Positions 29,816 through 39,937 of a stretch of 64,000 nucleotides of DNA are shown in pieces (positions within the stretch are counted from its first letter, which is position 1; each line of letters begins with the position of its first letter). Under the pieces are notes generated by a model. That model did no database searches and was not told the DNA's origin. It saw nothing but the letters and a program-made list of their open reading frames with translations. A program made the position numbers and the translations under genes. Where the stretch lies: contig CAWGJT010000005.1 in NCBI GenBank assembly GCA_963822965.1, positions 1,856,001 to 1,920,000 on the forward strand, given 5' to 3'. The DNA comes from an uncultured delta proteobacterium. GTDB lineage: Bacteria; Myxococcota_A; UBA9160; UBA4427.

Positions 29816-31377
29816 CTACTTCGAGTACACCCGAGTTGCTTGCGGCTGACTCGTCTGGCTCGGGTACTGCATGAACGTCTGAGTGTTGAAGTCGGGCACA
29901 GCCGGAGTGTAGTTGAGGCCTGACGGACTCCAGTTGACACCACGATCAATCGCATGCTGGTCCCAGGAATCCTCGCCTCCTGCAAAGTACTCCCCTTGGA
30001 CCCACGCTCCGGCGTGCAGGAGGGGCCCGGGAATGCTTCGACTCGAGCCGACAGCCGCCCAGGCGACGTTTCCAGCGTAGTCGTGGGAGTACGCCTGGTC
30101 GTCGAAGACGTAGAAGTCTCCGTGTGAGAATGGGTTGTCGTGCTTGTAGTCATAGGCATGCCCCTCACGAGAGTTTGCGCCGAACTCCGCGAGATGAAGG
30201 GGCCACGCCGGCTCGAAGATCTCCAGGCCACCACCATCCTGCGCGACGATACCATCAACCATCGAGGCAGATACGTTGGCCGGCCAAGCTCCCCCAAAGC
30301 TCTCGTTGCCCAACGACTCCGCGACGTCCTGCGGTGCCGAATAGAAGGTCGATCCGTGTGCGCTGATCGGGCCCCGATACCCCTCGGCGAAGTCTCGAAT
30401 GCCGGGCGCAGCTACGTTGTCCACGATGGGCGACGGACTGCCCGCGGTCCAGTAGTAGTCCGCCAGCCCCATCGGATCGTTTGCCCCTAGCGGGTTGTTT
30501 CCGACATACGCATACAGGTTCACGTCCCCGCCCGCGAACCCCAGCGGATCCGGCGACAGGAAGCGGCCCAGGTCCGGGTCGTAGTAGCGCGCCCGGTAGT
30601 AGTAGAGGCCCGTGTCCGCGTCGAACTCCCGGCCCGTGTAGCGCAGCGCGCTCGGACTCCCGCCCGTCTGCGACACCAGCCCCCCGAATGGCGCGTACGT
30701 GACCTTCTCCTCCACGCTCCCCGCGTGCCCCGACAGCGCCAGCACCGACTCCAGCGCGTCGTGGTGGAACGTGTAGCTCGTGGTCCTGCCGGCGGCGTCC
30801 AGGTAGTCGCCCACCACCACCTCGTCGATCACCGAGCCCCGCAGGAACTTCGCCTGCAGCGACCCCGTTCCGTCGTAGATCGACTCGAGATGCTCCCCCT
30901 CCAGGTGGTACTGCTGCACCGCGCCCGCGGCCGTGCGCCGGACCCGGTAGCCGCGCGGGTCGTAGGCGTACTGGCTCGTCCCGAACGGACCCGTCGCCGA
31001 CGCCACCTGCCCCCGGTCGTTGCGCGTCAGCCCGTAGGCGAGGTTGCCCGAACCGTCCCGGCGCGCGGTCACCGCACCGTTGTCGTCGTACTCGAAGGTG
31101 GCGAGCAGCGGACCGTTCTCGTCGGTCTGGTGGATCGCCTCCAGCCGGTTCGCCACGCCCGTCACGAAGTAGCGCGTGCCCGCGTTCGTCGTCTCGATCT
31201 GGCGGTTGCCCACGGCGTCGTACGTGTACGAGACGTAGCTCGCGTCCCCGGGGTTGCCCACGAAGGTCAGGCGATTGAGCGCATCGTAGCCCCGCGCGAT
31301 GCCCACCCCGTCGTCCCAGATCCCCGTGATGTTGCCCGTGGCGTCGTGCCCGTAGGTGAGCGACGACACCACCGTGC
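29816..31377 (-). CDS. orphan Rhs cassette with Ntox44-like (predicted RNase) CT
   Basis: Core to DPMGL, then YDYK, DYAGNVAWAAVG, GAWVQ, EDSWDQHAIDRG; tail YPSQTSQPQATRVYSK*. Confidence 0.75.
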
Positions 31378-31388
31378 TGAATGACCGC

Positions 31389-32100
31389 TTACATATCCAC
31401 TTGCAACACCGCCGGCGAAGGCGGCGGTCGTCTCCGAGGCACCCAGCGCACCCACGACGTAGGTCGTGCCAGCACTTTCATCCGTGGCTGAGCTGCGGGA
31501 GATTGCGGTCCATCTTTGGATGGAGGGCGAGATGCGACGGCGCGAGGCCCCAGGGGAAACAGGGATCGTCGAGCGTGTAGGGCTCCTCCCGCCTCACTGT
31601 AGCCAGTGTTGTTCCAACTCGTGCGGCCGGTCCCAAGATCCAGGCCAACCTCAAAGTCAGCAACCTTCAGGAAACTCACTTTGGCGCTGAGTTGGTAGCC
31701 CGCTGAGATTTCACCCTGCGGGATATCTGCTAGCTCGCGCAAGACTCGCCGAACTCCCGAGAGTTCCGTGTGTTGTTGAACCAGCCCATCCGGATCACTC
31801 GCGATGAGCGGATTGTTCCCCGCATACGCATACAGGTTCACGTCGCCGCCGCCGAAGCCCAGCGGATCCTGTGACAGGAAGCCGCCCAGGTCCGGGTCGT
31901 AGTAGCGCGCCCGGTAGTAGTAGAGGCCCGTGTCCGCGTCGAGCTCCCGGCCCGTGTAGCGCAGCGCGTTCGGCGTCTCGCCCCAGTGCGTCAACACGCC
32001 CCCGAAGGGCTGATAGGTGAACGTCTCCTCCACGCTCCCCGCGTGACCCGACAGCGCCAGCACCGACTCCAGCGCGTCGTGTAGCTCGTGGTCTTGCCGG
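31389..32100 (-). pseudogene. degenerate orphan Rhs cassette (copy of 38156-38867)
   Basis: HDALESVLAL..YTGRELD..DPDGL, truncated CT. Confidence 0.75.
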
Positions 32101-32150
32101 CACCACGTTGGGATCGGTGCTGCCAACATGAGAGGTTGCTTCCGCCCGGA

Positions 32151-33047
32151 TCACTGAACAGCACCAGATTGTTTCCAACATACGCATACCAACGCATAGA
32201 GGCGAACCGGATCTACCCACGAGAGATCGAGTACCAGTCGCTCCGCCTCCCGTCCATGGATGACGAGGATCGGCCTTCGGGGCGCGCGGGCCGCGAGCTT
32301 GAGGAAAACGCCGGTCACCTGGCTCCAGCCAATTGAGCGAGTCCCGTGAGCTTCTCGCAAGACGATGCCAGCAGGTTCCGATACCAGGACCGAGAGCGGC
32401 TGCCGTCGATGGAGCCGATAGGAGCCAAGAACGATGAACGCCCCGAAGCCCCCGAGAACCAGAACAGGTATCCAAACACCCTGCATGGCTGGCAGCATCG
32501 CCAGCGCGAGCGCGGGGGTGGCGGTCATCAGCGGCAACACCATCGCCCTCGCCAGAGAGGGCCTGACAAGTTCCAGGGGAAGCGAGTAGGCATTCGTGAT
32601 CCATTGCGCTCGCCGGGCAATGATCGCAACCAGTTCGCCTGCGTGCTCGATCTCATAGTAGATTCGATGGACTCGGCTCCCGCCGCACCCTACCAACGCG
32701 AGATGCGGATCTGCGCTTCGCCAGACGTGACGGATCTCTCGAATCTCTTGCCAGGGTAGAGTCTGTTCTTGCCCCTCACCGTGGACAAAGACCAGTTCCT
32801 TCACTCGGCACAGAATGACGCCCCGGCGGCCTCTTCCGCCTCGCAGCATCACCCAACACAACATTGCCGCCGGGACCAAGAGCCCGGATACGATCGCCAG
32901 GGCCACCGGCTCGGTCCGATTGACCACGATCACCCCAACGCCGCCGAGGACGAGTACCAGGATGAAGCCCGCGCTCGCGAGGCATATCATGCGGCCGTTG
33001 GGCGCATATGAGAATCGGACGGCGGTGGCGCCTGATAGCTCCATCAT
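32151..33047 (-). CDS. putative immunity membrane protein (copy of 38918-39814)
   Basis: Identical translation. Confidence 0.6.
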   Translation of the reverse strand: MMELSGATAVRFSYAPNGRMICLASAGFILVLVLGGVGVIVVNRTEPVALAIVSGLLVPAAMLCWVMLRGGRGRRGVILCRVKELVFVHGEGQEQTLPWQEIREIRHVWRSADPHLALVGCGGSRVHRIYYEIEHAGELVAIIARRAQWITNAYSLPLELVRPSLARAMVLPLMTATPALALAMLPAMQGVWIPVLVLGGFGAFIVLGSYRLHRRQPLSVLVSEPAGIVLREAHGTRSIGWSQVTGVFLKLAARAPRRPILVIHGREAERLVLDLSWVDPVRLYALVCVCWKQSGAVQ

Positions 33048-33170
33048 TGCGAGGAACTACATCCATCGCTGTCTCTTCGGACGTGAGCAGCAGATCCGCA
33101 GAATCGCGCATCGCACCTCGGCCAGGCAGCGCGCGGAGCACTCTTCGGGCAGCTTCGGGCCCTGATTACG

Positions 33171-34336
33171 CTACTTGCCATAGGGCGAGTCGAGGAGTCC
33201 GGCGTTGCCGCCGCGCGTGGACAAGGCGCTGAAGCCAAGCTCGGTAGGGGCGCCATTGGTCGGAACAGGCTGGGTCAACTGCTCGCTGAACAACACGTTC
33301 GTCGCGCTTCCGGCCGCTAGATCGTAGAAGCCAAGTGTGGCCGCGATGACTTGCTGCTGCGCGAGGCTGTACAGGGCTTCACCGCCCACGGCCGTCGCAG
33401 TGCTCGCGCTTGCAGCGACAAGCGATGGAAGAACCGCGACGCCCGCCCCGCCGAACCCGCTGTTGTTGGCGATCGACCAGTCGACCTGGTCGAAGCCGTA
33501 CTCTACCGCCTGTGGACCTGCACTGCCGGCGAAGCCACCAGCATATCCACTTGCAACACCGCCGGCGAAGGCGGCGGTCGTCTCCGAGGCACCCAGTGCA
33601 CCCACCACGTAGGTCGTGCCAGCACCCAACGTGCCACCAATCACAAGTCCCGAGAGTCCTCCCACAACGACCCCTTGCCACACGTCACCGCCCGTGAGGT
33701 ACGCGGTGGCTCCACCGCTTGCTGCACCAATGGCCGCACCTACCACCGCACCCACGCACCACGGACACTGACCCTTCGGATCGTTGAACCGAAGCGGATT
33801 GTTCCCCGCATACGCATACAGGTTCACGTCCCCGCCGCCCAGCCCCAGCGGGTCGGGCGACAGGAAGCGGCCCAGGTCCGGGTCGTAGTAGCGCGCGCGG
33901 TAGTAGTAGAGCCCCGTGTCCGCGTCGAACTCCCGGCCCGTGTAGCGCAGCGCGTTCGGGCTCTCGCCCGTCTGCGCGAGTACGCCCCCGAATGGCGCGT
34001 ACGTGACCTTCTCCTCCACGCTCCCCGCGTGCCCCGACAGCGCCAGCACCGACTCCAGCGCGTCGTGGTGGAACGTGTAGCTCGTGGTCTTGCCGGCGGC
34101 GTCCAGGTAGTCGCCCACCACCACCTCGTCGATCACCGAGCCCCGCAGGAACTTCGCCTGCAGCGACCCCGTTCCGTCGTAGATCGACTCGAGGTTCTCG
34201 CCCTCCAGGTGGTACTGCTGCACCGCGCCCCCGGCCGTGCGCCGGATCCGGTAGCCGCGCGGGTCGTAGGCGTACGCGCTCGTCCCGAACGGGCCCGTCG
34301 CCGACTCCACCTGGCCCCGGTCGTTGCGCGTCAGCC
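33171..34336 (-). CDS. orphan Rhs cassette carrying a copy of the Gly-rich CT of the main rhs
   Basis: Core from LTRNDRG to DPKG, then CPWCVGAVVG...SPYGK*. Confidence 0.8.
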
Positions 34337-34374
34337 GATGTCGTATGACCGCCCGATCAGGTGGGACCGTCCCG

Positions 34375-34809
34375 TCACCTCGCGGTTCGAACGTCAACCG
34401 CATACTTCGCATGTTCGGCGGTGGATGGCGTCCTTGTCCCTGTGAGACGGAACGCCACATCCGCGTGACTTGGGACGAACACGGATTCGGTGGGATCGTA
34501 GATCACATCCAGGAGCTTGCCTTCATCGTCGAGGAACTTCACCTCCACCTGCACATCCTTCCAGGCACGTTGACTCGAATTTCTGATCGTCCCAACGCAG
34601 TGGACCATCTCGGCATCCCCTTGGGATTCCGGATCCACTCTCGAATCGACAATGGAGAGGGCGTCTCGGAAGTCCATGTGTTCTACTTGAGCTATCTCGA
34701 AGCTCCTCAGCTGCCACAATCCGTACATGACAAGCAGCACCAGAAGGCCGTACCGCAAGGCGAGCGACGGCTTCCACAGGCACCGCTGGCCATTCCCGGA
34801 TCGGTCCAC
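34375..34809 (-). CDS. membrane-anchored FxLYD-like Ig domain protein, putative immunity
   Basis: TM segment, then GTIRNSS..VQVEVKFLDDEGKLLD; GAGGTG RBS before GTG. Confidence 0.6.
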   Translation of the reverse strand: MDRSGNGQRCLWKPSLALRYGLLVLLVMYGLWQLRSFEIAQVEHMDFRDALSIVDSRVDPESQGDAEMVHCVGTIRNSSQRAWKDVQVEVKFLDDEGKLLDVIYDPTESVFVPSHADVAFRLTGTRTPSTAEHAKYAVDVRTAR

Positions 34810-34816
34810 GCTGCAC

Positions 34817-35570
34817 TCACCTCGTTTTGACGTAGGCAGACGACGCCTGCGGTGAGTTCGGAGTACTCGGATACAAGCCTCCCTGCACCGTGGAATCCAG
34901 AATTGGTACCGGTGATCCACTGCCGGATGCCGAACCCATCAGATGGCCCAGCCCGCCAAGCAGGTCGATGCTTCCGCTCGCCACTGTAGCCGTTGAACTC
35001 AACGTAATCGGGAAGTCGAAATCAAACAGCGAGGCACTAGCCGTCAGGCCAGCGGGCTGACCAGTCTCTAGGTCGGTCGAATACTGGACTCCGACCGGCG
35101 GAATCGGCACACCGAGCAGCGCAGACACGAACGAAGTCACGAAGGAGATCTCTCCACCTACGTTAAGCGTGTCATTGTGGACATCCGCTGTGTAGCCCGC
35201 AAATGCGCTGAGCCCGGAGTCGAGCCCATTGCCCTCGTTCCTCTCATAGAACAGACCCGCCTCGAGCCCTCTGCCCACTTCTCCCGTTCCTACATAGACT
35301 CCCACGGAAACCTCAGATCCCTTCTCAACATTTTGCGGTTGGCACGGCCACCCAAGACACGACAGTGTCAACCCGAATTTGGCATCCTCGAGCCCCATCG
35401 GATCACTGGCCACCAGCGGGTTGTTCCCCGCATACACATACAGGTTCACGTCCCCGCCCGCGAACCCCAGCGGGTCGGGCGACAGGAAGCGGCCCAGGTC
35501 CGGGTCGTAGTAGCGGTCGTTGCGCGCTAGCTGGTAGACGACGTTGCCCGCCCCGTCCTTCCGGCCGCTG
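34817..35570 (-). pseudogene. orphan Rhs cassette with internally deleted core and beta-rich CT
   Basis: LARNDR joined directly to YYDPDLGRF; DPMGL; tail YPSTPNSPQASSAYVKTR*. Confidence 0.75.
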
Positions 35571-35604
35571 AAGGCCCGGTCTGTCAATAGGAAGGCACGT
35601 CGAG

Positions 35605-36463
35605 CTACGCCGGGCGACCTCGCGAGTCATCGAGCACGCACTCGAGCGCATGGAAACAGCCGATCGGATTGTCACCAAGCCAGGGAAACCTCCGAGCCCC
35701 TCCCGACGCCAGATCGAGCTGAAGATCGAGGAGGAAAAGCAGCCAGCGCGACCAACGCAAAGCCGAACCGCATCGATCTCGCTCAAGCTCCACTGCGACG
35801 CGCGAAGTAGCGATGACACAGTCAGACTCCGATGATCAACGCGAATCTGTCTCGCAGGCACGATGGTTAGAAACACCAGAAGAACGAACAAGAACGAGCC
35901 AGGAATGATCAGCGACGAGAGAGCTTCACCCCAATGACCCATCACCAGCCAGTAGGCCGTGACAACGAAGAATGGAAGGAAAAGCGTGGCTAGCAGAGCC
36001 ATGCCGCGCCAGCGAATACCGCTCGGAGCCTGAGTCCTGAATGGGGTCCGAGCAACCAGGTGGGGCGTGCGTCGAAGGAGAGCCTCCAGAAGGACGTCGG
36101 CATCCGGGATCGAGAGCGGAAAGGAGATGGAGGCCGCGCTCTCGCATTTGCGAAAGAGTTCGAGCGCCGTACCTCCGACAGTGACGTACCGGACTTGAGC
36201 AATTTCACCCCAAGCAATCCGGCTCGTGCTCCCTGCAGAGTCGATTCGGCTGACGCCCGCCTCATCGGTCTGGAATCGCAAGGCACGTGGAGCAGATCTC
36301 CGATGCACTAGAACCGAACCGACCAGCAGCTGGAGCGATAATGCACCCACGAAGAGAACGATCGGCAAAGGAGCCTTCGCGCCCACTAGGAATAGAAGTG
36401 CCACGAGCGCAGGAGAAGCCCCACGAGAGCGATCGCAGCCGGAGCCGCTCGAGGTGAAGTCAT
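35605..36463 (-). pseudogene. putative immunity membrane protein, paralog of 38918-39814 (frameshifted)
   Basis: Two units of TM pair plus PH-like segment (IAWGEIAQVR, WSLSEIDAVR); frame changes near both ends. Confidence 0.5.
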
Positions 36464-36576
36464 CTTGAGCTCGGTCACGATGAAGCCTCGGGGACCTACG
36501 ATTCCCCCGAACCCCCCCCTGCTACAGCGAGGCTCGACGGCGATCGCCGTGGTTCACGTCAGTGTGCCATGGTTGG

Positions 36577-38144
36577 CTACTTCGAGTAGACGCCGACCAG
36601 TGGGTAGAGGGGCGGTTGACTCGAATACATCGTTCCGCCGGAAGAACTGGAAGCCGATCCAGCAGAAGCGCCACCGCCTCCGAGTTGAAAGTTGGGAGTC
36701 AGAAAATCTGGTCCCGTGAGGCTGGGTAGCTGTCCTCCAACCACGCTACCGACCAGGTCGACCGATGCGGCTTGCACGCCATAGGCGGCTTCCAGTGAAA
36801 TTCCGCCGAGCGAGAAGGCCTCGGGTGCCGAAAATGCCCCAAAGGCGGAGGAGACGCCAAGCTCGGCGGCCGCCTCGGCTGCACCGATGGTGCCGGGCAA
36901 TATCGATCCAACACCGCCCGCAACCCCGGACACAGCGACCTGCGTATAGTTGATCTGGTTTCCTAGCAGTGACTGCCCCAGCAGATTGCTCGTCGCTCCG
37001 CCGTTCGACCCGGCGGAACCGTTCCAGCAAATGCCGTATCGGTCGTCGCGCTAGCACCGAAGTACTCAAGCGCAACGGCACCTACGCCCGTGCCGGAAGC
37101 GGGCCGGCTCCAGCCCAAGCAAAGTACTGGTTGCAATCGACGCTGCTGTCGCGTTGGGAAGCTTGCCCGCCCTGGCGATGACCGCACCTGCAACTCCACC
37201 AATGATGGCTCCAACGATACACGTCGGGCACTTGCCACTCGGATCACTGGCCACCAGCGGGTTGTTCCCCGCATACGCATACAGGTTCACGTCCCCGCCC
37301 GCGAACCCCAGCGGATCCGGCGACAGGAAGCGGCCCAGGTCCGGGTCGTAGTAGCGCGCCCGGTAGTAGTAGAGGCCCGTGTCCGCGTCGAACTCCCGGC
37401 CCGTGTAGCGCAGCGCGCTCGGACTCCCGCCCGTCTGCGACACCAGCCCCCCGAATGGCGCGTACGTGACCTTCTCCTCCACGCTCCCCGCGTGCCCCGA
37501 CAGCGCCAGCACCGACTCCAGCGCGTCGTGGTGGAACGTGTAGCTCGTGGTCCTGCCGGCGGCGTCCAGGTAGTCGCCCACCACCACCTCGTCGATCACC
37601 GAGCCCCGCAGGAACTTCGCCTGCAGCGACCCCGTTCCGTCGTAGATCGACTCGAGATGCTCCCCCTCCAGGTGGTACTGCTGCACCGCGCCCGCGGCCG
37701 TGCGCCGGACCCGGTAGCCGCGCGGGTCGTAGGCGTACTGGCTCGTCCCGAACGGACCCGTCGCCGACGCCACCTGCCCCCGGTCGTTGCGCGTCAGCCC
37801 GTAGGCGAGGTTGCCCGAACCGTCCCGGCGCGCGGTCACCGCACCGTTGTCGTCGTACTCGAAGGTGGCGAGCAGCGGACCGTTCTCGTCGGTCTGGTGG
37901 ATCGCCTCCAGCCGGTTCGCCACGCCCGTCACGAAGTAGCGCGTGCCCGCGTTCGTCGTCTCGATCTGGCGGTTGCCCACGGCGTCGTACGTGTACGAGA
38001 CGTAGCTCGCGTCCCCGGGGTTGCCCACGAAGGTCAGGCGATTGAGCGCATCGTAGCCCCGCGCGATGCCCACCCCGTCGTCCCAGATCCCCGTGATGTT
38101 GCCCGTGGCGTCGTGCCCGTAGGTGAGCGACGACACCACCGTGC
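36577..38144 (-). pseudogene. orphan Rhs cassette with second Gly-rich CT (frameshifted)
   Basis: Core identical to the 29816 cassette, then DPSGKCPTCIVGAIIGG; continues in ORF 36577-36933 ending YSSQPPLYPLVGVYSK*. Confidence 0.75.
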
Positions 38145-38155
38145 TGAATGACCGC

Positions 38156-38867
38156 TTACATATCCACTTGCAACACCGCCGGCGAAGGCGGCGGTCGTCT
38201 CCGAGGCACCCAGCGCACCCACGACGTAGGTCGTGCCAGCACTTTCATCCGTGGCTGAGCTGCGGGAGATTGCGGTCCATCTTTGGATGGAGGGCGAGAT
38301 GCGACGGCGCGAGGCCCCAGGGGAAACAGGGATCGTCGAGCGTGTAGGGCTCCTCCCGCCTCACTGTAGCCAGTGTTGTTCCAACTCGTGCGGCCGGTCC
38401 CAAGATCCAGGCCAACCTCAAAGTCAGCAACCTTCAGGAAACTCACTTTGGCGCTGAGTTGGTAGCCCGCTGAGATTTCACCCTGCGGGATATCTGCTAG
38501 CTCGCGCAAGACTCGCCGAACTCCCGAGAGTTCCGTGTGTTGTTGAACCAGCCCATCCGGATCACTCGCGATGAGCGGATTGTTCCCCGCATACGCATAC
38601 AGGTTCACGTCGCCGCCGCCGAAGCCCAGCGGATCCTGTGACAGGAAGCCGCCCAGGTCCGGGTCGTAGTAGCGCGCCCGGTAGTAGTAGAGGCCCGTGT
38701 CCGCGTCGAGCTCCCGGCCCGTGTAGCGCAGCGCGTTCGGCGTCTCGCCCCAGTGCGTCAACACGCCCCCGAAGGGCTGATAGGTGAACGTCTCCTCCAC
38801 GCTCCCCGCGTGACCCGACAGCGCCAGCACCGACTCCAGCGCGTCGTGTAGCTCGTGGTCTTGCCGG
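38156..38867 (-). pseudogene. degenerate orphan Rhs cassette with truncated CT and a fragment of the main CT
   Basis: DPDGL, then unique CT; 38159-38242 matches part of the main CT. Confidence 0.75.
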
Positions 38868-38917
38868 CACCACGTTGGGATCGGTGCTGCCAACATGAGA
38901 GGTTGCTTCCGCCCGGA

Positions 38918-39814
38918 TCACTGAACAGCACCAGATTGTTTCCAACATACGCATACCAACGCATAGAGGCGAACCGGATCTACCCACGAGAGATCGAGTA
39001 CCAGTCGCTCCGCCTCCCGTCCATGGATGACGAGGATCGGCCTTCGGGGCGCGCGGGCCGCGAGCTTGAGGAAAACGCCGGTCACCTGGCTCCAGCCAAT
39101 TGAGCGAGTCCCGTGAGCTTCTCGCAAGACGATGCCAGCAGGTTCCGATACCAGGACCGAGAGCGGCTGCCGTCGATGGAGCCGATAGGAGCCAAGAACG
39201 ATGAACGCCCCGAAGCCCCCGAGAACCAGAACAGGTATCCAAACACCCTGCATGGCTGGCAGCATCGCCAGCGCGAGCGCGGGGGTGGCGGTCATCAGCG
39301 GCAACACCATCGCCCTCGCCAGAGAGGGCCTGACAAGTTCCAGGGGAAGCGAGTAGGCATTCGTGATCCATTGCGCTCGCCGGGCAATGATCGCAACCAG
39401 TTCGCCTGCGTGCTCGATCTCATAGTAGATTCGATGGACTCGGCTCCCGCCGCACCCTACCAACGCGAGATGCGGATCTGCGCTTCGCCAGACGTGACGG
39501 ATCTCTCGAATCTCTTGCCAGGGTAGAGTCTGTTCTTGCCCCTCACCGTGGACAAAGACCAGTTCCTTCACTCGGCACAGAATGACGCCCCGGCGGCCTC
39601 TTCCGCCTCGCAGCATCACCCAACACAACATTGCCGCCGGGACCAAGAGCCCGGATACGATCGCCAGGGCCACCGGCTCGGTCCGATTGACCACGATCAC
39701 CCCAACGCCGCCGAGGACGAGTACCAGGATGAAGCCCGCGCTCGCGAGGCATATCATGCGGCCGTTGGGCGCATATGAGAATCGGACGGCGGTGGCGCCT
39801 GATAGCTCCATCAT
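38918..39814 (-). CDS. putative immunity membrane protein, two TM-pair plus PH-like units
   Basis: Directly downstream of main rhs; LPWQEIREIR and IGWSQVTGVF repeats. Confidence 0.6.
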   Translation of the reverse strand: MMELSGATAVRFSYAPNGRMICLASAGFILVLVLGGVGVIVVNRTEPVALAIVSGLLVPAAMLCWVMLRGGRGRRGVILCRVKELVFVHGEGQEQTLPWQEIREIRHVWRSADPHLALVGCGGSRVHRIYYEIEHAGELVAIIARRAQWITNAYSLPLELVRPSLARAMVLPLMTATPALALAMLPAMQGVWIPVLVLGGFGAFIVLGSYRLHRRQPLSVLVSEPAGIVLREAHGTRSIGWSQVTGVFLKLAARAPRRPILVIHGREAERLVLDLSWVDPVRLYALVCVCWKQSGAVQ

Positions 39815-39937
39815 TGCGAGGAACTACATCCATCGCTGTCTCTTCGGACGTGAGCAGCAGATCCGCAGAATCGCGCATCGCACCTCGGCCAGGCAGCGCG
39901 CGGAGCACTCTTCGGGCAGCTTCGGGCCCTGATTACG

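Larger units (their letters stand above)
30505..34004. repeat. 3.5-kb direct repeat, copy 1 (offset 6767)
   Basis: Identical ORF set recurs at +6767 (e.g. 32151-33047 and 38918-39814). Confidence 0.92.

Noticed and set aside
26760..39814. Integron cassette array
   Set aside because: No integrase or attC-like sites were seen, and the junctions lie in rhs core homology
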